A stretch of DNA of 64,000 nucleotides. Source: Mesotaenium endlicherianum. Its lineage: Eukaryota. The stretch spans positions 314,162 to 378,161 of the forward strand of contig WELA01003469.1 of NCBI GenBank assembly GCA_009602735.1, in the 5' to 3' direction. Below, piece by piece: positions 24,853 through 35,172 of this stretch. Under the pieces are notes generated by a model. It ran no database searches and had not been told where the DNA came from. It saw only the letters and a list, made by a program, of their open reading frames with translations. How positions within the stretch are numbered: position 1 is the first letter of the stretch; the number at the start of each line of letters is the position of its first letter. Both the position numbers and the translations under genes were made by a program.

Positions 24853-27800
24853 TTATGGAGGGACTCCAGGGGCCCGGAGGTGGAACCGTTTCAACGCCCC
24901 TTTGGCATTGGTCAAGTGGTCTTTAAACTCCCAAGTGTCCCCCGAGGCATCGTAACCCTTCCATCGGATGAGGCACTTCATGACATATTTAGACGATCGA
25001 CGGACCGAGCGAGCGTCTAAAATCTCATCGACTTCATATTCCTCAGGGTCGCCGTCCCGGACAGCGGGGACCGGTCCCGGTTGGACAGGGAACCGACCTG
25101 TGAACAGTGTATCACCTTTGATGTACGGTTCCAGGAAGGAGACATTAAAGACCGGGTGCCCCTTGTATTCAGCTGACATGTTCAGTTTGTAAGCATTCTG
25201 ACCGACACGACGGACCACCGAATATGGACCGACCCAGACAGGGCCAAGCTTTTTCTTGACCACACCAGGGAGGTACAGGTGCTGAGAATGCAGTTTGACT
25301 AAATCCCCCTTGGAAAATGTCAGTTCCCGACGGTGTTGATTAGCGTATTTTTGTTGGTTTTCTTGGGCCGTGTGCAAGTTTCGTTGGACTTCTGACAGGG
25401 TGTCAGCAAACTCCTGAGTTAACTGGAGGGAGACCGGGTTGTCAATCCCTTCAGGGTGAGTTAAAGATTCCCCTAGCACATCTAGAGGAGACTTAGGGAC
25501 TCTACCCAGGCTGAGTTCAAAAGGAGTTTTGCCCGTTGACGCGTGCACCGCACTGTTGACCGCAAACTGAATTTGAGGCAACAGGTCATCCCAATTATCT
25601 TGTTTTTGGTTAATATATGCTCTCAGCACCTCCTGCAGAACTCGGTTAGTTCTTTCAGTCTGCCCATCAGTCTGAGGGTGGTTTGCTGTGCTGAGCAGCT
25701 GTTTGACTCCCATTAACCCCATTAAAGCTCTCCAGAACTTAGAGGTGAATTTTGAGTCTCTGTCTGAGATGATATTAGAAGGGAGCCCATGTTGGCATAC
25801 TACATGGTTGTAAAACTGTCTCGCTGTTTCGAGTGCAGTCACTTTGACAGTTGTGGGGATAAAAATGACCATTTTTGTCAGTTTATCCACGACTACCAGT
25901 ATTGAATCATGCCCGTTGGCAGTTCTTGGTAGTGAGACCACCCAGTCCATGGATATAGTTTCCCAGCGTCCCGCTGGGATGGGTAGCGGTTGCAAGAGAC
26001 CTCCGGGTGGTGTGTGCCGAGACTTATTTCTCTGACACTGGTCACAGGACTTGACATATTTCAAGACCTCCCGGGGTAACCCCTCCCAATGATAATGTTT
26101 TGCCAGTTTGCCAACAGTTTTGGCCTGCCCCAAATGTCCACCCAGGAGACTGTCATGAGCTTGACTCAGTAAGAGAGACCTTATTTCCAAATTATTAGGA
26201 ATGACCAGCTTCAGCCTGCCTGAAGTGGTTTCAGTCACCCAGACCCCTCCCTTGAGCTTATACCCGAGTGCGGTAGCACGACACATACCAGTAGTGGGGC
26301 TGGGCTCAAATGTTGGGTCAGAAAGGTAGGCTTTCCTAAGTTGTTCAAGGAAGGACTTTTTCACCTTTAGTGAAGTGAGTGCACACAGGACTTTATCTAC
26401 AGTATGCTGACTAAAGTTCCTTTCTTGCAAGTCAGGTCTTCTAGAGAGTGCATCAGCAGGATTCAACTTCCCTGGTTTGTAGTCGATCTGGACTTGGAAC
26501 TGCTCCAGCATCTGGCTCCAGCGGTTCTCCCTCCTCGACAGCTTGGACTTCTTCTGAAAGTGGGTCAGAGCTAGATGATCTGTAATCACCTTAAAAGCTT
26601 TACCATGTAAGTATGCTCTCCACTGTTTGAGTACATGAATGATAGCTAGCAGCTCTTTATCATGCACTGAGTAATTAATCTCCGCTGGATTAAATTTCAT
26701 AGACTCATACAACACAGGATGCCACTCCTGCCGTACCTTACCATCCTTTGTGGTTTTGTCAGCAGGCTGCAACAAAATAGCACCCATGGCAAAATCAGAG
26801 GCATCAGTAACCACCTGCACCGGTTTGCTGGGGTCATACACGGCTAGCACTGGGGCAGAACAAAGGGCATCTTTAAGGGTCTGGAAGGCAGCCTGCTGCT
26901 CTTCCCCCCACACATACCCGATGTCTTTCTTAGTAAGGTCAGTCAGTTTACTGGCCTTTGTGGAATAATTCTCAATAAATCTCCTATAGTAGTTAGCCAA
27001 CCCGAGGAAGGATCTAACTTCAGAGACAGACTGTGGTACTGGCCAGTCCCTTATGGTCTGGACTTTCTTAGGATCCACACTGATGCCCTCTTTACTGACA
27101 ACGTGGCCTAAGAATTCAATACTTTCCTTAAAGAAATCACACTTGCTCATTTTAGCATACAAGTGATTTTTCCGCAGAGTGTCCAGCACTTTCTTTAAGT
27201 GTTCAGTGTGCTGAGCTTCATCTTTAGAGAAAATTAAAATATCATCCAGGAAAACTTGCACAAACTTATCCAAATAAGGTCTGAAAATGTCATTCATAGC
27301 ACCCATAAAGGTAGCAGGAGCATTAGTCAGTCCAAATGGCATCACGTTGAACTCATAGTGTCCATAACGTGTGCGGAAAGCAGTCTTGTGTTCATCCCCC
27401 TCAGCAATTCTGATTTGATGATAACCACTCTTGAGATCTATCTTACTGAACACCTTAGCGCCAGACAGGGTATCAAGCAAGTCCTCGATTCTGGGTAAAG
27501 CATACTTGTTCTTTACTGTAATTCTGTTCAGGGCTCTGTAATCCACACACATCCGCATACTGCCATCCTTTTTCTTAACAAATAGGATAGGTGCGCCGTA
27601 CGGTGATTTACTGGGAGAAATGTAACCATTTTCCTCCAGCTCTGCAATCTGTGTTTTCAACTCCTCACTCTCCAAATAAGACAAGCCATACGTGCGTTGC
27701 CAGGGTGGCTGGCTACCAGGTAATAAATCAATCCTATGATCTACTTCCCGCTTAGGGGGTAGTCCTGGAGGCATATTAAACACATCCGTGTACTGAGCAA

Positions 27801-28662
27801 CAATGTTTGCAGCAGTAGGGTGTTCCGGAGGGTGTACCTTTTTCTCAACCACTTCTTCAGGTTGAGGAGGTACCTCTCTTAGCAGCAGACAGAACATTCT
27901 GTCTTCCTTCTGGTTCCAGCTTTTGACGAACTCCATTGCATTCAGCAACTTGCATCCTTCTGGAAGCCTCTTCTTTTCCTTCATTTGCCATCCACACAGG
28001 ACAAGAGGAAGAGCACTGGTGGGTGCCAAGTCAGTCTGCCCATCACTGGCTCCTCTCACTTTAACTGTACCTCTGCTCCAACACACTTCAGCTTGATGTC
28101 TATTAAGCCAGGACCTGCCTAGCACGAGATCATAAAAGCCAGTGTTGAGTACCTCAAATGTAAGCGTTTCAGTTAGAACTGCAATGCCAGAACCTAACTG
28201 GACCTCAATAGGCTTGGTTATAACTCCTCCCGGGATACTTGAGGCATCTCCAAGGAATATTTTTCTATTCCCTTGGGTGACAGTAGGCAGCCTTAGCCGC
28301 TTAACTAAGTCCTTGTGGATAAAAGTATGTGACGCCCCTCCGTCAACAAATGCCCTCACCTTCCTACCTGCAATCATGCAATGCAGTAGGATAGGGGGGA
28401 CTGTCTTTTCCTGACTTTCGCATTGTTCTCCTGACGTAGCAAAGAAATGTTGGACATCAGGTGGAACAAGAGCATCCAGAGTGTGCACTCTCTGGACGTC
28501 TATATTGCTGATGGTCTCCTTTATCTGGTTGTCAGGCATGCATAGTGAATCCAGTTCAGCAGGACCCATAATACCTGCTACGAGGGCAGCTAGTGACGAC
28601 TCACTATCTCTAGCATCCTCACAGTCAGTAGACTGGATTACTGACTGTTGCTGTCTTTTAAA
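24853..28662 (-). CDS. pol: Pol polyprotein of element B (protease, RT, RNase H, integrase, chromodomain), entered by -1 frameshift
   Basis: [12 protein letters not shown] (protease); [10 protein letters not shown] and [10 protein letters not shown] (RT); [13 protein letters not shown] (RNase H); [23 protein letters not shown] and GQTER (integrase); GPY motif; [21 protein letters not shown] (chromodomain). The frame stays open upstream of the ATG at 28569 to the slippery site. Confidence 0.95.
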   Translation of the reverse strand, partial: FKRQQQSVIQSTDCEDARDSESSLAALVAGIMGPAELDSLCMPDNQIKETISNIDVQRVHTLDALVPPDVQHFFATSGEQCESQEKTVPPILLHCMIAGRKVRAFVDGGASHTFIHKDLVKRLRLPTVTQGNRKIFLGDASSIPGGVITKPIEVQLGSGIAVLTETLTFEVLNTGFYDLVLGRSWLNRHQAEVCWSRGTVKVRGASDGQTDLAPTSALPLVLCGWQMKEKKRLPEGCKLLNAMEFVKSWNQKEDRMFCLLLREVPPQPEEVVEKKVHPPEHPTAANIVAQYTDVFNMPPGLPPKREVDHRIDLLPGSQPPWQRTYGLSYLESEELKTQIAELEENGYISPSKSPYGAPILFVKKKDGSMRMCVDYRALNRITVKNKYALPRIEDLLDTLSGAKVFSKIDLKSGYHQIRIAEGDEHKTAFRTRYGHYEFNVMPFGLTNAPATFMGAMNDIFRPYLDKFVQVFLDDILIFSKDEAQHTEHLKKVLDTLRKNHLYAKMSKCDFFKESIEFLGHVVSKEGISVDPKKVQTIRDWPVPQSVSEVRSFLGLANYYRRFIENYSTKASKLTDLTKKDIGYVWGEEQQAAFQTLKDALCSAPVLAVYDPSKPVQVVTDASDFAMGAILLQPADKTTKDGKVRQEWHPVLYESMKFNPAEINYSVHDKELLAIIHVLKQWRAYLHGKAFKVITDHLALTHFQKKSKLSRRENRWSQMLEQFQVQIDYKPGKLNPADALSRRPDLQERNFSQHTVDKVLCALTSLKVKKSFLEQLRKAYLSDPTFEPSPTTGMCRATALGYKLKGGVWVTETTSGRLKLVIPNNLEIRSLLLSQAHDSLLGGHLGQAKTVGKLAKHYHWEGLPREVLKYVKSCDQCQRNKSRHTPPGGLLQPLPIPAGRWETISMDWVVSLPRTANGHDSILVVVDKLTKMVIFIPTTVKVTALETARQFYNHVVCQHGLPSNIISDRDSKFTSKFWRALMGLMGVKQLLSTANHPQTDGQTERTNRVLQEVLRAYINQKQDNWDDLLPQIQFAVNSAVHASTGKTPFELSLGRVPKSPLDVLGESLTHPEGIDNPVSLQLTQEFADTLSEVQRNLHTAQENQQKYANQHRRELTFSKGDLVKLHSQHLYLPGVVKKKLGPVWVGPYSVVRRVGQNAYKLNMSAEYKGHPVFNVSFLEPYIKGDTLFTGRFPVQPGPVPAVRDGDPEEYEVDEILDARSVRRSSKYVMKCLIRWKGYDASGDTWEFKDHLTNAKGALKRFHLRAPGVPP
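28621..28662 (-). promoter_or_regulatory. -1 programmed ribosomal frameshift signal
   Basis: T TTA AAA in the gag frame (28662-28656), 7-nt spacer, then a 10-bp perfect stem ACAGTCAGTA/TACTGACTGT with an 8-nt loop. Confidence 0.8.
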
Positions 28663-30116
28663 GGCTGGTCTTTTCTCTCGACCTTAGGCAGGTGCTTGAC
28701 CGGACACTGTTCTCTGTAGTGGCCTTTCTGCTGACAATGGTAGCAAGTAGATTTTGCTGAGGCTGGTCTCGGCTTAGTCCTACCACCACCCCTTCCATAG
28801 CCACCTCGAGAGGGACCACCTCTACCTCTAGACTGAATAGCATTGTACTCATACTCATATTCATCACCCTGATTATCCTCAGCCTGGTCTCCTTCAACTG
28901 CATTGTAGGAACCGTGGGGCTTTTTGACAATCTTAGACACCAAAGCGTTACTCTGGCGCTTGTGATTGAACTGCTGCTGATCCCAGGCGTCAGCATCCTG
29001 GATCAAGTCAGCCAGTTTCTCATACTTTTTCTCAGCAAAATGACCAGAGACCTCGGATTTCAAGCCATACCTGAAGTATGCTATCCTATACCGTTCTGGC
29101 AAATCAGGCTGCTTCATCATGTTCTCTTGGAACTTTTGAGCAAACTCAGCAACTGAAGTGGTCTGCTTCAGTGTCAGGGAGATCATCGCATAGATAGCTT
29201 TCTCCTGCTGGTTGATGACATCAAACTTCTCATGCAACTTCTCGACAAACTCTACCCACGTAGGGTCACCGAGTTGCCGAGCCTTACGCTCTTCCTTCCA
29301 GTAAAGCCACCAGTCTGCGGCACTGCCTTTCAGTAGCGCACCGGTGTGCCTGACCTTCTCGTAATCTTGCAGTTCTGGGTAGTTCTCCAGCCACTGCTCA
29401 ACATCCGCGAGAAACTTGATCAGGTAATATTTTCTGTTTCCCTCAGGATCATAGTCCTGGGGAGGTTTCGGCTTGGGCTTACTAGGCCCTCGGCCACCAC
29501 CACTAGTGGTGTGAGACCCCAGTTGGTCTCTGTCCCGGAGTAGGGACATTATGATTCTTTTGTCCTCCTGCTGGGACTGATACATGGTCGCCATTTGCGA
29601 CTGCATCTGAACGAACAATGCTCCCAAGTCTACATTTTGGGGTGGTAGATTAGCAAATGCAGCAGCAGCATTGGCATCTACTCGCTGAGTAGTGTCCTCA
29701 ACAATCCCTCTTGCTCCTGCAGCAGCAATTCCTGCCGCATTCAGCCGGTCACGTATTTGACCTAGGGGTACATTGAGTTGTACGGCAGGAGGTGGGTTCA
29801 GAACATTGGCCCTTGATGCCATAAGTTCTTCAACAGTGCGCTCGTCAGCTGGCTGTCCTTCCCTCCTTTGTATATCTTCAGCGGCCTTTGCTACTTGTTC
29901 AGCTTCTAGTCTGGCTATCTCCTCCTCAGCTTGCTGAGCTGCGACTGAGGCAATAGCAGCTGCCTCATCTGCAGCCTCCCTAGCTGCAGTATCCGCTACT
30001 GCTTCCGAATAGGTACGGTTTCCCGCTACATGGCTTTCCGCCTGGTTTTCGACATTCTCGTTATCCTGGTTCTCCATGTCTCGGGAGTTGCTAGTTTGAG
30101 ACCTTGTCCTTACCAT
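28638..30116 (-). CDS. gag: Gag of element B
   Basis: 492 aa; [19 protein letters not shown] capsid-like region; RGG stretch; zinc knuckle [14 protein letters not shown]. Confidence 0.95.
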   Translation of the reverse strand: MVRTRSQTSNSRDMENQDNENVENQAESHVAGNRTYSEAVADTAAREAADEAAAIASVAAQQAEEEIARLEAEQVAKAAEDIQRREGQPADERTVEELMASRANVLNPPPAVQLNVPLGQIRDRLNAAGIAAAGARGIVEDTTQRVDANAAAAFANLPPQNVDLGALFVQMQSQMATMYQSQQEDKRIIMSLLRDRDQLGSHTTSGGGRGPSKPKPKPPQDYDPEGNRKYYLIKFLADVEQWLENYPELQDYEKVRHTGALLKGSAADWWLYWKEERKARQLGDPTWVEFVEKLHEKFDVINQQEKAIYAMISLTLKQTTSVAEFAQKFQENMMKQPDLPERYRIAYFRYGLKSEVSGHFAEKKYEKLADLIQDADAWDQQQFNHKRQSNALVSKIVKKPHGSYNAVEGDQAEDNQGDEYEYEYNAIQSRGRGGPSRGGYGRGGGRTKPRPASAKSTCYHCQQKGHYREQCPVKHLPKVERKDQPLKDSNSQ

Positions 30117-30137
30117 ACAAAGAAGACTGTGATAACT

Positions 30138-30149
30138 GCTCCGATACCA
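30138..30149 (-). other. Primer binding site (tRNAiMet type) of element B
   Basis: tggtatcggagc on minus, 1 nt from the 5' LTR. Confidence 0.9.
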
Positions 30150-30150
30150 C

Positions 30151-30895
30151 TGAAATGAATCGACTTACCAAATAGGCGATTAACAATTAATAAAGATCTT
30201 TATATCAGCAAGTAATCTTTATGGTATTTCCGTTAACTAGTTAAACGGCAAAGGACAATACACTAGCAGGGAATAATACTCGTAAGTCAAATGCGAGTAA
30301 ACTAGCATCAATGATGCAAATCAGTAAACTCATACATAAGCAAGGTTAGAAGACAGTGCGTATCAATGGCTTCTCGCCTTGGATTCAGAGTTCTCTCAGT
30401 AAGCTGTACAAGAGAGTTGGCCTCGTTTCCGAATGCCGAACTCGAGAGCAATGCCTAGCATATGTACATGGAATGAGTTTACTGTTCAACGGTCAGTGCG
30501 ATGGCACCGCCTACCCGGGAGTTAACCACGTTGGTAGGACCTCGGTTAACCAAATCCACCGCCATCTCCCATCATCCCGAATAGCCATCCATCGTGGGGA
30601 TGTCATCTGGCCATTCATCTAGCAGGTGGTGCTTAAATGCATATCAAGGCAGTTCGCTGCTACCGAGCACGGAAGTCAGCTGGCTGTCAAAGAATGTGTC
30701 AGCAAGCTGACTTAAGTTGACTTTAGCCTGCTGCTTTTGGCCGAGTCATTAAACTGATAATTATGTAAAGTCCAGCAGGCTGATTATTAACTAAAGTTCA
30801 GCAGACTGACTACTAACTAGAGTTCAGCAGGCTGAACTAAATTAACTATTATATTTAAAGGAATATTATATCTACTAATATACTGATTCATTACA
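30151..30895 (-). repeat. 5' LTR of element B (745 bp)
   Basis: Carries one extra 26-bp unit relative to the 3' LTR. Confidence 0.95.
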
Positions 30896-30905
30896 TTTCA
30901 CTAGA

Positions 30906-31654
30906 AGTCACCCTTGTTCAATATATCTTCCAGTGACTGTGTTGGATGTATAGTGCACTTGAACTTGAGAATCTCAGCTACACTGTATGAGAAAACTTTA
31001 CATGCAATGTTACGAGCAATACATACCAACGAGGATGAATTCTACAAGCTTTTGAAAGAAAAGGTGAAGGCATCAATACCTGAAGAGGCTGTGAAGGCCT
31101 TGAAGAAAGGCGAGAAGAGAAACAGGGCAGCCAAACCAAGCTTCATTGGACGGGAGTGCCACCGCCTCCTTTAGCACTTTGTTGAGCTGGCATAGTGTGT
31201 AATCTGTAACCTGCCTGATGATGCAGAATAGCTACAAGCCATGTTAGAAACATGGGATGCTTGTGGAGTGTGCTCGGTTGTCCTTATGGAGCCGATATCT
31301 GCACTAGACACGGGTGACAAGAGAGAAGCTAAAGGTTCTCTTGTGGAGGCCCTTGCTGAAGGCTTTGAGGACAAGTTTGTAGTAGCTGGCGCAGCAGACC
31401 ACGTTACAGAGTACATGCACATATTGAAGTACCACGTAGGAGATATAATTAAGAGACATGGGGACCTAGATCAATTTAGTGGGGAAGGTATAGAGGCATT
31501 TCATTGATGGAGGAAATCAGCCAAGACCAACAAGAGGAAGGTGATGGTGGACGCTACAAGACGAGTGTATAGCAAAGGGGAGAATAGGCCACACAATACA
31601 TCAAGAGAGTGGGAAGAGAGCTCTATCTACCATCATAGAGCTACCATTGAGTAG
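30906..31654 (+). pseudogene. RAG1/Transib-like DDE transposase, 3' half
   Basis: One reading frame with in-frame stops at 31172, 31193, 31229 and 31505. Motifs SPLFNISSSDCVGCIVHLNLRI, PSFIGRECHRLL and VTEYMHILKYHVGDIIKRHGDLDQFSGEGIEAFH (E at 31493). Confidence 0.78.
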
Positions 31655-32982
31655 AAATGAAAGACAAAAGAGAAGGTGGTGTCCATCGACGAGAGCTGGC
31701 ACCAATTGCATAGAAGACATAATTGGAGATGTAGAGTGGGTAGGGTACATGCTGTAACAAATCAGTATATTGAGTAGATATAGTATTCATTTACATATAA
31801 TAGTTGAGTAAGTTCAGTTTACTGAACTTTAGTTAATATTTAGTCTGCTCGATGTTTAATACATAGTTTAATGACTCAGTCGGGAGCAGCAGGCTGAAGT
31901 CAACTCAGGTCAGCTTGCTGACTTAGGTCAGCTTCCTGACACATTCTTTGACAGTCAGTTGATTGCCGTACTCGGTAGCAGCAAATTGCCTAGTTATGCA
32001 TCTAAGTGTGGTGTGCTAGATGAATGGCCAGATGGAACTCTTAAAGGTGGATGGCGATTCGGGATGATGGAAAACGGCTGTGGATTTGGTTAGCCGAAGT
32101 CCTACCGACGACGTTAACTCTCGGGTAGGCGGTGCCATCGCACTTGCCGTTGAACAGTAACCTCATTCCATGTACATATGCTAGGTATTGCCCTCGAGTT
32201 CGGCTCTTGTGTGGCTTATTGAGATATATTTGAATTCAAGGCGAAAAGCCATGTGAAATGAATTGACTTACCAAATAGGCGATTCACAATTAATGAAGAT
32301 CTTTATATCAGCAAGAAATCTTTATGGCATTTTCTGTTAATTGATTAAACAGCAAAAGAAAACATACTAGCAGTGGACAATACTCGCAAGTCAAATGGAA
32401 GTAAACTAGCATCAATAATGCAATCAGTAAACTCACACATAAGCAAGGCTAGAAGATAGTGCATACCAATGGCTTCTCGCCTTGGATTCAAATCTCTCTC
32501 CGTAAGCTGTACAAGAGAGTTGGCCTCGTTTTTGAATGCCGAACTCGAGAGCCATACCCAGCATATGTACATGCAATGAGTTTACTATTCAACGGCCAGT
32601 GCGATGGCACCGCCTACCCGGAAGTTAACCATGTGGATAGGACCTCGGTTAACCAAATCCACCGCCACATTCCATCATCCCGAATCGCCATCCATCCTTA
32701 GAATGTCATCTGGCCATTCATCTAGCACACCACACTTAGATGCATATCTAGGCAGTTCGCTGCTACCGAGTACGGAAGTCAGCTGGCTGTCAAAGAATGT
32801 GTCAGCAAGCTGACCTAAGTTGACTTCAGCCTGCTGCTCCCGACTGAGTCATTAAACTGATTATTTATAAGGTCTAGCAGACTCAATATTAACTAAAGTT
32901 TAGCAGGCTGAACTTATTTAACTATAATATTTGAATGAATATAACATCTACCAATATACTGATTCATTACAATCCCTCCAAT

Positions 32983-34818
32983 TTAACAGGTTGTCGTTTC
33001 CACAACACTAACACTGGGTACATGGTCTTCTCGAACTGAAAGTACTGATCTCCCTCCCACCGCCTCTTGCTCCAACATTGATGCCTCACTGTGAGGATCA
33101 CTAGTAACAGTGTGCTGTCCCTCCGCCCTCAGCCTACTGCCCTTATGAGGGAGATGTTCTTGGGGCTCTACAATTAGGGAAGCGAGACCGGGAGCCAGAC
33201 CTCCTCCTTCTGTTTTGGGGTTCCTGAAGCCTGGGAGCTCCGAGTAGGGAGAACCAAGGGGAGAACGCAGTAATTGGGCTGTTTTCTCCTGCACAGTCTG
33301 AAAATGAAGGGAGGCAGCCTTCTCTTGGGCATCCCTCAAACTGACAGGTACATATACCGGCATCGCAGAAGGATGTTGCATGACATGAGCCAAGGGCACA
33401 TGTCCTCTCTGCGAGGGAGATGCTGGCAGGCCTCTTGCTATTTCCCTAGCAGCCCTCCTGTCTGCCCTGTCTGACTGGGTCTCTGCGCCTGCAGATGGGC
33501 TCTGTCCTCTGGCAGTTCCCAGCCAAGTGATATCTTCCTCTTCAGCGAGCTGGTGCAGAGCTATGTCTGCCCTGGCCAACCCAGTCTTCTCCATTACAGG
33601 GGATGTGGCAGGTGTCTGGGTCACAGCGGGGCTAGTGTCCTCTTCCTCGCCTTCCTTCTCTTCTTCTTCTGACTCCTCCTCTACTTCCCCTGGCTCCTCA
33701 GAGACTGCTGGGGTAACCCCTGTCAGCTGTTTCAGCTCTTCCCGAGAAAAAGAATACCCCACTGACCTTCCTCTTTTGGATGCTGGTGGGGGCTGTTAAA
33801 TCCAGACCGCATACAGGTCTTTCTCTCCCTGCTTGCTTGCCCATTTGGCATAAGCGTGCTTCCCTTTAGAGAATGACTCTCGGGCCCTGCTCTTGTCCTC
33901 TTGCATTCTTTGACTCATGCAGTCTCTTACTCCATCCAATCTTGGGATGTGAGGCGGCAACACTATTTTCCCCTGTGGGTTTGTTAGAAAATCTTCCTCC
34001 CCTGCCCTGTCATTTTGCTAGTCCCTCTTGTTAATGGTCATCCACCACCAATCGGTGGGCTTTTGGAAGAAGGCAGGGTCTGTCCTTTTCAGCGTATAAG
34101 GGTACCAATACCCTGCAAAGTCCAGCTGACTGGTTTCCCTGGCTAAGAATTCCCAGCTCCTTCTCTCCACCTCATTATACATGGCCTTGAACCTGTTATG
34201 GAATGTAGAGTCCTTAAAGCTGTCCGCGTCCATGGGGATTATCCTGATGACCCTATCTTTCCCCCGGATACCCGGAATTGATACATCTTCTTCCTCATTC
34301 ACTTGGGCCATTGCCTTGGCCTCCCTGACTGTATATCCTACCATCCTGGCACAATCGTGGTAGAGGAGGAGTCCTGTGCAGACCTCTACATACTTGTCAA
34401 AGTTTTCAGATGTCTCCCCTTCCCTTTGCAGGATGTCCTGCTGTGCCTCATTGCGACTTCTCTGGGCATACTTGAAGGCCTTCTCCAGTAGATCAAAGCC
34501 CTTGCCCAGCATTGTGTAGCGATAGCTGCTGATTCTCCTCTGTTCTTCTTCTTCAGCCTGCTGCTTCCGCCTTTCCTCAGCTTGCCTCTCCTCCTCTGCC
34601 TTCTTGGCCTCCTCTGCAGATTGTCTATCCAGTTCTTCCTGCCTCAGCCTGGCCTGCTCCTCCTCCTCCTTCTTCTTCTGTGCCTCCCACTGTTGTTGGA
34701 GTCGTTGTGATTTCCGAATGGAGATGGAGGATGATTCGATGTCGCCACAAAATTGCAAGTATTCTGCGTGTGCCTCTTCCGCTCTTCTCTTCCTCTTAAA
34801 TTTCGACTTCTGAGTCAT
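32983..34818 (-). pseudogene. ORF3 homologue of element C (interrupted)
   Basis: Shares YRYT, MVGYT, IPGI, DSFKD, YNEVERRSWE, PTDW and GHVPLA blocks with B ORF3; stop at 34018. Confidence 0.85.
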
Positions 34819-35172
34819 CCAACTCAATCATAAAGACAATGAAGTCAGTGAAGTCATAGTACTTTGCCGCTACTGAGTACCCTTGGTGGAGAAGAACGTG
34901 GTAGGAAGAGTTCCAAGTGTGTAATACTTTGTGTGAGTGAGTAGAAGAGGAAAATTGAGTCAGAGAGAAAAAGTAAGTGTGAGCGCAGGTTGAGTGTGTA
35001 GAATGATTACTTAAAAATTTGCCTGGCTGATCCCGAGATCGAACACATTCCCTCCAACTTAATTATAAGGTGGGCTGCTTGTCACAACCGTCACATTTAA
35101 CTGTCACATTCCGCTCCAACTTACTTGGAGACAGGACCTCCTGTCACTTGTCCAGGGCGACTGCAATGACAG

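Larger units (their letters stand above)
22079..30895 (-). mobile_element. Intact Ty3/gypsy chromovirus, element B (gag, pol, extra ORF3)
   Basis: LTRs 22079-22797 and 30151-30895 with TG...CA ends. Perfect 5-bp TSD TTTCA (22074-22078 / 30896-30900). PBS, PPT and three uninterrupted ORFs. Confidence 0.97.

Noticed and set aside
30767..30847. 26-bp LTR repeats, and the 10-bp arrays elsewhere, as CRISPR arrays
   Set aside because: Tandem units without unique spacers, eukaryotic context, no cas genes
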